A DNA stretch of 64,000 nt from Paraspadella gotoi (Eukaryota > Animalia > Chaetognatha), in NCBI GenBank assembly GCA_051294375.1, contig CM119268.1, positions 23,086,256 through 23,150,255 on the forward strand. Direction: 5' to 3'. The position numbers and the translations under genes are program-made. The notes beneath the pieces are model-generated. The model searched no databases and was not told where the DNA came from. It worked only from the letters and a program-made list of their open reading frames with translations. Each line of letters starts with the position of its first letter. The stretch's first letter is position 1. This document shows, one piece after another, positions 1-11,172 of this stretch.

Positions 1-39
1 CAGCTAATTTTCAAAATTGAATAAGTTTAAAAATATAAA

Positions 40-335
40 GATTAGGTTAAGGATTTGGATAAGATTAGGTTAAGATTAGGTGAAGATTAGGTTAAGATTA
101 AGTTTAGGATTTGGATAAGAATTACGATTAAAGAGTAAAATTTTGGGTTAGAGCAGATCAGGATTAGTATTTAGGATTAGGGCTAGGGATAAGGTTAGGG
201 TTAGAGATTTGGTTAGAGTTTGGTATTAGGATAATATGCATTTCGTCTAATATTTAATAAAAACTTATTATTAAATATTTGCATTAAATCTTGAGGAATA
301 AAAATGAGGCGCCTTTGGAAAATAGCGCCGTAACC
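40..335. mobile_element. Probable MITE remnant with degenerate TTAGG/TTAGGG-like interior
   Basis: Degenerate (ggttaagattag/ttagggttag) repeats at 40-230, followed by ggcgcctttggaaaatagcgcc (~308-330), which resembles the terminal inverted repeat of the element at 52533-52727. Confidence 0.4.
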
Positions 336-453
336 AAATGATTTTTTTATTGTTTCATCTTTTTTTTTTAATTTATTTTTCGTCCGCGTTTTCAAAAAGA
401 CTTTCATTTTTTTTTCCTATTTTTTCTTTAGTGTCTTTTCTGTTTCACTTTTG

Positions 454-504
<51 letters not shown>

Positions 505-888
505 CGCTGTTTTTTTCTACAAAAACATTTTTTCTCCTACTTTAATCGTTTTTCTTCAGCGATGGAAAACTTGAGATCAAAAAAGGGAGAAGAGAAAGAG
601 TTTGGGGCGAGAAGAAAGAAAAGAAAGGGGAAAAAGAGAAGTTAGGGAGAGAAAAGAGAGGTTGAGGTAGAAGAGAGAGGAGAGGAGAAAGAAAAGAACG
701 GTGAGAAAGATAGAGAGAGGGGAAAGAGGGGAAGGGAGAGAGAGAGAAAAAAAAAAGTAGGACGGAATTGACGGAGGGAAAATAGGAAAGAAAAAAGAAA
801 AAAGAAAAAAGAAAAAAGAAAAAAGAAAAGAGCGTGGGTTGAGAAAAAAAAGTATAAAGGAAGTGTCAAACATTAAGACGGTGGCCGT

Positions 889-1075
889 GACATTGCATTG
901 CGAGAAACGTGACTTTTAAGAGGGAGTTATTGCAGTGAAAGCGACATTGCACTGCGAGAATCGTGACTTTAAAGAGATGGAGTTATTGCAGTGAAAGCGA
1001 CATTGCATTGCGTGAAACGTGACTTTTAAGAGAGTGAGTCATTGCAGTGAAAGCGAAATTGCTTTGCGAGAAACT
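889..1075. repeat. Tandem repeat, ~54-56 bp unit, ~3.5 copies
   Basis: The unit gacattgcattgcgagaaacgtgacttttaagagggagttattgcagtgaaagc is visibly repeated. Confidence 0.9.
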
Positions 1076-2136
1076 TGTCTTCTCCGTACGGTGAGAGATT
1101 TTCCGTAGCGAATCAAGGGTCTTCTTCCGAGAGAGCCTCTTCCTTCTCCTGCAGCACCAGTTGCGGCAGCTGCAGCATCTTTCTGAACCCAAGTTGCGGC
1201 ATAATTCGACGCGACGGGAGAATGCTGCGGCGTCGCAGCGCGGGGCGGTTGCTGTTTCGTCAGCAGCAGCCGAGGAGTCGGAGGCGAAGGAAGAACGATT
1301 TTGCGGATTTTCTGAAATGAAGAAAATAATGAAGTAGAATGAATAAATTATGATAAAGAATGAAGAAATAAATGATGAGTGGGCGATGGCCAACTTTCTT
1401 AATCCGCCTCGCAGCCATGGAATGGTTCCTCGGCTTGGAACCAAGCTTGAGGGTTTTCCAGACGGTTTTCCCAAAGCGGTTTACGGCTTTAGTCACGCTT
1501 CCCGCAGGGTAGGTAGACATTGGGGTTCGATCCCGGTACCAAACGATTATGAGCTGAAAGTATTACTCATTGAGCCATCGGGTCACGACAGAAGGTGACG
1601 GTGAAGGTGAAGGTGCCCTGCTTATAGGCGGGATGAACTTGATGCAATTCCCGACTACACGAGGAGAAATGAAGAAAATGATGATGAATAATGGAGAAAA
1701 TTAAATAAATAAATAATGAAGAAATATAAAATAAACAAGAACGGAAATTCAAATGTATGTCGCGCCGCAGTGACTTTCTTAACAAATCTTTTATTCTTTA
1801 TAAGTTTATAGTTTTATGATTTCCTGAAGGCGGCGCTAGCAGTCACTTTGATTTGAGGTTTTTTTTTGTCTTAACAAATGAGCAGCCAACTGTAGGCGAG
1901 TTATGATCATTTTTGGGGACAGACCAAAAGTCAGACATACCAACCGACCGACAGACCGACCGAAAAGTGACTTATAGAGTTGATCCGCGAGTACTCGGGG
2001 GCGGAACTAAAAATGAAGAAAAAACTTTTGCAGCAACATTTTTGCCGCAATGATTTCGCAGCAAAACGACCTTCCGAAATGGTTGACGAATCATAACTTG
2101 ACCGGGATCTTTGATTTTCTCTTTCTTCTTCGCCAT
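1039..2136 (-). CDS. Hypothetical small basic protein (~112 aa), two exons 2136-2071 and 1311-1039
   Basis: ATG in good context (acgATGG). Exon 1 MAKKKEKIKDPGQVMIRQPFRK ends at AAG|gt (phase 0). Exon 2 follows a pyrimidine tract and ttcag, is open in phase 0 (KIRKIVLPSPPTPRLL...SLSLQ*) and is GC-rich relative to its flanks. No recognisable domain. Confidence 0.4.
1410..1590 (-). mobile_element. tRNA-derived SINE-like repeat (copy 1)
   Basis: The minus strand reads TGGCTCAATGAGT (A-box-like)...TCAGCTCATAATC (tRNA-Met-like anticodon arm)...GGGATCGAACCCC (B-box-like). The body (...ccctcaagcttggttccaagcc...ccattccatggctgc) is shared with copies at ~4495-4665 and ~48590-48705. Confidence 0.65.
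1733..2012 (+). mobile_element. Non-autonomous Helentron/DINE-1(HINE)-like element
   Basis: Begins aaacaag, has the core gatttcctgaaggcggcgctagcagtc, a (gacc/gaca) microsatellite and a terminal gacttatagagtt...hairpin...actaaaa. A homologous copy lies on the minus strand at ~55040-55305. Confidence 0.55.
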
Positions 2137-2591
2137 CGTCGTCGTCGTCGTCGTCGTGTGTCCCAAGAGATTTCACAGAATCACCGATTCAGGTTCACCC
2201 AAAAATTCACACGACTGTTTTTAATTGTTCGAAGTTTGTTTTGTTTGTTTTGCCAATTTTATAAGTTTTTTTAGCTAAAAGCTCTTTTTAATAGTAAACT
2301 AAACTAAATAGCTGAAATATAGACGCAATTTCGTTTGATTGAAAAACTAGATTTTTAGTGATGAAGAAAATAATATCAATAAAATTTTTTTTTGGTTTCA
2401 ATCTTTATTAAAACTAATAATTATAACTAATCATAACTAATTCTATTTATTTGGCTGAGGGAGAGAATTTTTTTAAAGAAATCAGTCGGGAATAAAAAAT
2501 TAAAAGGAAAAGATAATTATATATTAATAATTAACAATTAATTGGAATGTGAAGTGAAAACGACAAAAGGAGAAATAGGAGAAACTGGATA

Positions 2592-2634
2592 AAATTCGAT
2601 GTCACGTGATCAAATTCGATGTCACGTGATCAAA
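2592..2634. promoter_or_regulatory. Tandem 20-bp duplication containing two TCACGTGA E-box (USF/MiT-TFE CLEAR-like) motifs
   Basis: aaattcgatgtcacgtgatc occurs twice, ~460 bp upstream of the putative ATG at 2136 and just 3' of the Rab stop codon. Confidence 0.3.
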
Positions 2635-2674
2635 TCTTCGTATCCGAGAAAAAATTACAAAATCACAATTCGCC

Positions 2675-2728
<54 letters not shown>

Positions 2729-2730
<2 letters not shown>

Positions 2731-4871
2731 AGCAACGACATCTTGATTGAGGCATTTTGGAATGGTCATCGTCGAGTTGTACCGAGTTCGATCCCTGGAT
2801 GCAAATACAAAATTATTTAAAAGTAAAACTAGTAAAATAAGAAATGCATATATTTCAATCTGTTGCAAGGAATTAACTTTCTTATTAAAATAATAAATAT
2901 ATTTATCACATTGATATTCAATATTTTAGAGACCTGAGGAAAGGCATTCTCTTCCTCCTCCGTAGGAAGGACGTCGGCGATGTGATTGAAGAGTTCCTCC
3001 ACATTGTTTCCTGTTTTAGCCGAAGTCTCGAAGTATCTAAGGAGATGTTGATAAATTGTATTAAATTGTATTAAATTAAAAGGATCGTTTATAATTTAGC
3101 ACATCGGTAAGGAATGATATTAAAATTATTTCCCCAAACGATAAAAGAAAACTTCTAAGAAAACCGAATCATGAGATATGAGAAGTAATCTAAACTGCTA
3201 CAATATGCAAATGAGATTTAGGAACTCCAATACGGAATTGAAATTAAGGTACTTGGTCTCATTTGAAAAGAATGAAAAGTTACTCTGCAATATGTATGAT
3301 TTATTATTATACTATATTTGGTCTCCTACCATACTTAAATTTATAATTAAACGGAAGACTTAAGCTAATTGTAAAAAATATTAATGTAAAAAGATTAACC
3401 TGATTCCTAAATCGTTGGCGAATCGCTGAGCCTGTTCACGAGGCACTTGACGTAATTCCTCCAGATCTCCTTTGTTTCCGATCAAAACAATGACGTGTCC
3501 CGCCATCTCTGTGTTGGCTGAAGAAAGTCATTTTATGAAGAGTTAATGATAAAAGAGCATCTGGTCAAATAATTATAAATCCCTTCTGCTTAAAAAATTA
3601 TTTTTAACGAAAGAAAAACAAAATATTCAGATAGCATGAAGCCAAACCAAAATTGTTCCCCCCCTAAACTGGAAAATATTTTTAAACATATACATACAAA
3701 GCAAAAAAAGAAACAAAGAAAGCGTAACCAAAGATATATAAAACCAAATTTAAAGTAATAAGAACCTGTAGTAGAAAAATGACTCACCGCAAGCTTGGTC
3801 GAATAATAGGATGTTGAAAAACATGTTACATTCAAAAGAGAGAAAGACAGATTCAAATAGACAGTGACAAGCTTTACCCTTTATCCACCTTTGATTGACA
3901 AGTACTTTGATAATTTTAGCAAGCAAATAATGCTTCAAAATGATTTCATACACATTTATTGAAATGTAGGCTTTTTCAAGCCCATTATTTCCATCAATTT
4001 GTGGTAATGATCGATTTTTGTCTCTATTTAAGCGACTGACCGACCTAAAATAAACTTAAGACGCTTTGTGAAAATAGAGCCTTACAAAGATCACCAGAAG
4101 CTACGCCAGTCTAATTGTCTCACCGGAGATTTGGTTGAACCAAGTTCTGATGTTGACGAAAGTCGCCATCTGTGTCACGTCGAACACAACTAGGAAAGCG
4201 GAGGTTCCGCGGTAGAAAGCGGCGGTAATCGTGCGGTATCGCTCTTGCCCCGCGGTGTCCCAAATCTAGGGGGGAGAGGTGGAGGGAGAGAGATGGAGGG
4301 AGAGAGGGAGAGGGAGAGGGAGGGAGAGAGAAGTAGGAGAGATACGGGCAGGTTTTGACTAGCCTCTCAGAAAATAAGAGTGTATAATGATCAATGAATC
4401 CTAAACAGCACCGGCAGTTGGTACCACTCTATCGTGCATCCCATCTGGAAACAGACCAAGATTGGCGGGTAAGGTTCTAAGCGTGCTGTATCTTCAGCAA
4501 TGGAACGCTTCGAGGGCTTGGAACCAGGCTTGAGGGTTGTCCAGGGCCCAAAGCCGGTTCACGGCCGTCCTCGCGTTTACCGTAAGGCAGGTTCCGTTAA
4601 GGATCAATTCCGGTCTCTTATGGCCACGAGCTGATGACTTTACTCAATGAGCCACAGGGTCGCAACTTCGCGACGATGCCCTACTACAATTACAAAGTTA
4701 TAATTTACAATTTCCCCTAACCTGTAGTTTGACTTTCCTTTTATCTCTTCGAACTTTTTTGACTTTGAAATCGATGCCGACCGTAGAGATGAAATTTGAG
4801 TTGAAGACGTGATCCGAGAATCGACTTAGGATGGAAGTCTTGCCCACTGATGAATCCCCGATTAGGATGAC
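2729..4871 (-). CDS. Rab-family small GTPase domain (Rab3/Rab8-like), 5 exons
   Basis: G1 GDSSVGKTS, effector [13 protein letters not shown]3 [14 protein letters not shown], RabF FYRG, G4 GNKGD, G5 ETSAK, and a C-terminal CXC prenylation motif (..PQSRCRC*, stop at 2729-2731). Canonical splice sites with matching phases. Confidence 0.96.
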
Positions 4872-5323
4872 CTGATTGGTTGATTGGTCGAATTCGATTA
4901 ACCAATCACTCGGGTTTGTTTTCGCTCATTTTTTTAAATGAATTATTATTTATGGTAGAGGGCCTTTACTATGAGCTAATTGGATTATCATATGATCAAA
5001 TGAAATTATAAAATAAGTGATTAATAGATTTGACTGATTGATTGATTGACTGATTGATCTCGCCTTGTGCATCGTCCAATTAAGGACATCGTTGGAATCG
5101 TCAGAATCAACTGTTGTCGTCGTTGCCAATGGAGACGAAACTGTAAAAAAAAAAACCCAAAATTTTGTATTCTATATTAAGGCTAATTAAGTATATATTG
5201 TAAACTTTTTGGCAGCACATAAACTGGACTGTGAGAGAGTATTGATTGAAAGTTTTCAGGCTCCTACCATGAAATTGGTCTAACCAATATAAAATTATCT
5301 ATTCATTTAATAAATAGCCTATC

Positions 5324-5405
<82 letters not shown>

Positions 5406-7989
5406 TACCCGCGACGTTTTCCTTCGAAGCAACGAGATTTCTGGCTGCTGCTGAGTCGATGGAATCATCATCGCTGCTGCCGCTGCTGCCGATGATGCTG
5501 CTGCTGCCGCTGCTGGCATCCCTGTCCTCAGCGACGTCTGCTGCGGCGGCTGCGGTCGACTCTACGGTGACGTCGGCTCCTCGACGCGTCGAATCTTCCT
5601 TTTCCGAATCTCTCTTGAATGAAGCTTCGATCGTTCGATTCGATTCGACGCCAATTTCTTCTTCCACGACGTCGACTTCATTTTGTGGACTCGATTGAAG
5701 CTCAGCATCTTCCGCAGCAACGATGACTATGGGCGCTGATTCTTCGTAATTATCATTCTCTTCCACAATTGAGTCTCCTTGAAAAAACTCTTTCGAAGGA
5801 TCCCCGAGCGGCGTGACCGACGCTAAAGAATCAACATCATCGGCAGTTGAATCTTGGAACAACTGGACTCTGAGTGGTTCGGTCACCGGTGATTCGGCAA
5901 TCAGTGATTCGGGCGCAGTAGTAGATTCCACGGCATCTTTGGCTTTAAAGGCGAACATTCCCACCAGCGTCCCGTTGGGTTCTTGGGGTTTTGGCTGCGG
6001 CGGCTGCGGCGGTCGGCGGTGCAGCTTCTCCAGCAAAAGACTCATCATCCAAGGAAGATGATAGATCAATCGAGTTGATTCCGTTTCTGTATTTTCTTTG
6101 TCGAAACTGGAAGAAGAGAATGAGAAAGGAAAAGGAGAAAGTGAAAAGAGAAAAGAAAAGCGAAAAGAAAAGGAGAAAGGAAAAGAGAAAGGGAAAAGAA
6201 GAAAAGGAAAAGGAGAAAGGAAAAGGAGGAAAGGAAAAGGGAGAAAGGAAAAAGGAGAAAGGAAAATGAGAAAGGAAAAGAGAAGAAAGGGAAAAGGAGA
6301 AAAGAGAAAGGGAAGAAAGGAAGAAAGGAGAAAGGAAAAGGAGAAAGGTGAAAGGAGAAAGGAAAAGGAGAAAGGAAATGGAAAGGAGAAAGGAAAATGA
6401 GAAAGGAAAAGGAGAAAGGAAAAGGAGAATGGAAAAGGAGAAAGAAAAAGGAAAAAAATTAGAAATCTCTCAGAACATACGATTCTACAATCTACATGTA
6501 ATTGTACAACCGATATAAAAATTAGTAGTCTTATATCGTAGTATTACATAGTAGTATTATTGTAGCAGATTAATTTGTATAATCATGGTAACCATTCTCA
6601 TACAGATTTATCCCCTTGTTATATTATCACTTGAGGCAGCCAAAAAACACATTTTATCATATTCCCAAAACAAATTGTCTATTTCATCCAATATAAATAA
6701 TAATAAATAATAAAAGTTGGTAGGCGAAACAAAGAATGCAAAATATTTAATAGCAAGTAGTAGTATGTCTTGAGAGAGAGGAAAAAGTGTGAGAGAGTTT
6801 TCACAAAATCGAGAATCCGAACCCCGAAATCTCGCGAGCTCGGTGGAGAAGAGGAAGAGAAAAGAAGAGGAAGAAAATGTCTTCGGCAAAACCCCTCCTC
6901 CTCATAGGTTTAGTTTTTCAGATATTTCGATTTTCTAGAATTATGTATGATATCTAATTAGAAACATAGTACAGAAAGCAATGTGTTGTATAGATGATCC
7001 TTCTTTTTTTAACAAGACAACACGATTCTCCCTCACACTCTCGAATATTCACAAACATGCTAATTTAAAATTTTAAAGAGTCGTTGTTAAAATCTAAAAT
7101 ATATGACATATTCGCGATACTAATAAACAAAAGTTAAATAAAGTTATAACAACACTTTTCTGCACGAATAAGCGAGAACCAGAGAAAAATAAATATTAAC
7201 GATGATTCAATATGAATGAAAGACTTGATTCGCAACGGAAACTAAAAAAAACCAAAAAAACAGGAAGTTATGTAACAAATTGAAAAACTCATGACGTAAC
7301 TTTTTTTGTTCTTTGATGCAAAAAAAAATAAAAAAGGAAAAATTGGAAAAAAGATTCCATCAATGACAGAAATCGGAAGCGAAAAAAAATGGTAACATGA
7401 AAAAAAGGGCATTATTTTTTCAGAACGCTCTATTTCATCTTAAATTCGGAATTGGGTTAATTTGGGTTAATAATCCGGGTTAATAACAGCAACAACAAAA
7501 ACGAAATGAAAGCAACAATTACAACTATAAGAACGAAACAGCAACAAAACAACAGCAAACGACAAAAACAACAGCTAAAACAAATTACAACTACTACAAC
7601 TATTATAACAACTATAACAAAGAAGAAGGACAATATAAAACAACAAAAAAACAAAACAAAAACACAACAACAAACAAACAACAACAAAAAATCATCAACA
7701 AAAACAACAACCAAAACAGCTACAACAACCAAAACAACCAAAACAGCTACAACCGACAAGGACATCCCCCGCTCCCCCTCAGACCTGATCAAGACGACGG
7801 GCACATTGAAATCGTTGAAGCTTCTCACGGATCCACAGTCTTCAACGTCGTCAACGCAAACGAGGTCGTAGTCCGCGGAGGACAGAGAATCTGGGGAGAC
7901 GAAGGCAGTGTCGAAGGCGCCGTCTTCCCAGACGACGAGTGTTTGACTAGAGGGTCGAGCACCTGTGGGGGAGAGAGAGAAGAGAGAGA

Positions 7990-8064
<75 letters not shown>

Positions 8065-8589
8065 GGCCGAAGTCAATGAGGGAATGAAGTACGTATTAAA
8101 TCATAATAAATAAGGTCGGACAGTCAATCTGTCAATCAATCAATCAATCGATCAATCGATAAATCAATCCTATCAAGCCTTTTTCAATCAAAGAATTCTA
8201 TCAATCAATCATTCAATCATTTAATCAATTATTTAATAAATCAATACATCAAATAAATACAATAAATCAAATCGATCAAATCAAATAAATCAAATAAATC
8301 AATCAATCAATCAATCTATCACTTAAATCAATCATATCAAATTCAATCAATCAATCAATCAAACTCCCTCTTCACCTCGATTCCATTTTGCCTCAGCACC
8401 GTTCCCAACAGTTGCGCCTCCACTTTGTGCTTCTTTCTATCGTAGTTGGCGGAGACTGAGACCGACTTGAGCTTCTTTCCTTCAAAGGGGCGACGGTGGA
8501 CGAGCGACTTCGGCTCCGCCAGAGTCTTGGGGGGAGATGGACCTTGAAGGCAAAACGGGAGAGAGGGTGGGGAAGTGGCTCAGTCCGTG

Positions 8590-8638
<49 letters not shown>

Positions 8639-9906
8639 ACCGGCCATCCGTTCGTCCGTCTGTCCGTCCCATCGATACTTCAAGATCGTCAGTCCAGCCA
8701 ACTCCTTCAGATCTCCATCTTCGAGCAGCGATTCCACGCAAAGACGAGATGCTGCTGACATGGAGAGCCTCACGGTCGCCGCGGCGAACGTCACTCGCTC
8801 CCACAGCACGTCGTTGTCGTCGTCCTCGATGAGATCTCTGGAAGATTTGATTGATTGAGAGATTTAGAAATTGATTGATTGATTGATTGAGAGATTGATT
8901 GAGTGATTAATTGATTTACAGAGAGATTGATTGAGAGATTGATTGATTGATTGATAGAGAGATTGATTGATGATTAATTGATTGAGAGATTGATTGAATG
9001 ATTGATTGAGAGATTCAATGATTGAGAAATTGAGTGATTGATTAATTGATTGATTGAGAGATTGATTGAGTTATTGATTGATTGTTTGAGAGATTGATCA
9101 AGAAAACGGTAGATGGATTGATAGATTGGATTAAAAAATAAACTTATAGATTTATATTATTGATTTACTATAATATGTTAGACATTGTAATGATTTCCTT
9201 TCTTTTCGTTATTTTAAGGAATTTCAAGAATAACTATAAAATGTCATTAAATTCGTTATTAAAACACAAAACCTGTTATTTCTATAATATGTTATAATAT
9301 GATATATATCATATAAAATATAATATGAAATGTTTGAAACACGACTGATTAATTGATAACGCACCGATCAGGAAATGAATTAATGAATCGACTGATTGAT
9401 TCATTGACAAGTGATTGATTCGTTTACGTAATAAATTATTGATTGCTCGACTGACTGATTGATTAGATTGATCAACTGATTGGTGGCTTAATTGATTTAT
9501 CAAAAAAACACGACCGACCTCAAATCGTTAACGATTTCATTTTCGTTTCTCATCAACTCGGGAATAATTGCGTCGAATTTCAGAGTCAAAATTTCTCGAT
9601 CCACGAGGCTTCGTCTCCATTTTCTGGTCCCTTGAAGTTCCGCAACCTAGTGTTGTCGATGTTGTGATTAATTTTGTTGTTATTGGTAGTATTGTTCTCG
9701 TTGTTGTTGTTATTGGTAGTATCATTGTTGTTTTTATAGTTGTTATTGGTATTGTTGTTGTTTTTTTTTATTATTGTGGTTGTCATTAACGGTTTTTTGT
9801 TGTTATTCCTTAGTTTTTGTTAAAGATGAATGAAACTTATAATTATAATTACTGTTATTGTTTATAAAATTGAAAATCAAGGAGGAATACAGTGCAGTTT
9901 ATTATG

Positions 9907-9998
<92 letters not shown>

Positions 9999-11128
9999 CA
10001 TTATTATTATAATAATTATAATTATTGTTTATAAAATTGAAAATCAAGGAGGGATACAGTGCAGTTTATTTTTCGACCAGGTAATGACTCTTAAAAATTA
10101 GTTATTATTGCTGTTTTAATTGTTGTAGTCGCTGTTACAGTTTTATGTTCTTATTCCTATTAATGTTTTTGTCATTGTTCCACGAGAGACTCCGAGAAGG
10201 AATTTCATAACTGATCCGTTTTTAACTCGATTAATTTATAAATTTATTAATCAACCATAACATTTGTTGTCGTTGAAAGATTTATCTACATTAAAAGAAA
10301 TTATTTGAGGCATTGAACTCTTTCGGAGACGCGGTTGAATTTATTCGATGGAAAGAAGAAAAATAATAATTGGATGGACGTCGAAAGTGACAACACGGAT
10401 CCAAGATCGAGCCTTATTTTCTTCAAACGACCCTTTTTTATTTTAAATTAGAAAAAAAGGGTTAGAAATTAAGGATAAGGGTTTAGTGTTAAGAATATAG
10501 ATTGGTTTATTAGTTAAAAAACTTATTTAAACTTATTTAAACTCGTTTAAATTAAATATTAACGTATAGAGACAAAACATTTTTATTAAATATAAAAATA
10601 ATCATTGTTGCCAATTAAAAGTCTTATTGTCTTTAATCTCAAACACAATGAATCGAAAGTAAATTTTACATAATATTAACGATAAAATTAAATTCTATAT
10701 ATAAACAAACAGAAATGTAGCACTCTTGGAAAAATTGAAAAATGAAAGCACTACAGTGCACAGCTTAAATAAACTTGTATGTTATATATAAGGGGGAGTC
10801 AAAAAAGAAAACAGACAGACAGACTGATGAACAGACTGAGAGAAGCAGACAACCATTGTATTTAATGTACAAACTAAAAAAAGTCAGACCTTCCAAAGAA
10901 TTAAAAAAAATTAAAGCAATTACTTTGGGTTTTAAACAATACAAATTAACACAATATATATTTCGAAAGCTTTTTTTAGTCACGTAGCCATAAATTTAAA
11001 TTTCAAAATAAAAGAGTTTACAGGGTGGCAATAATAACTCTTTTCTTACAATTTACATAATTTAATATTGAATTTTGCCTCTTCTCATTAACTTGTTAAC
11101 ATTAGAGACGTGAGAACACATATTTTTT

Positions 11129-11172
<44 letters not shown>

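Noticed and set aside
40-230. Telomere or chromosome end
   Set aside because: The repeats are highly degenerate and followed by a TIR-like motif shared with internal elements.
1095-1130. GRRPLIRYGK as an amidated RY/RF-amide neuropeptide
   Set aside because: Single motif, and the reconstructed ORF has a basic N-terminus with no signal peptide.
4625-4685. Hammerhead ribozyme (CTGATGA followed by a hairpin)
   Set aside because: No correctly placed GAAA core or stem III; the segment is the antisense of a SINE tRNA-like head, and CTGATGA is not conserved in copy 1.
5946-6106. Alternative frame FRQRKYRNG...GGNVRL* as a terminal exon
   Set aside because: It would need exon 6 (phase 0) to skip exon 7. 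This cannot be excluded, but the phase-2 frame completes the SEFIR-like motif and stays open for 232 codons, so it is preferred.
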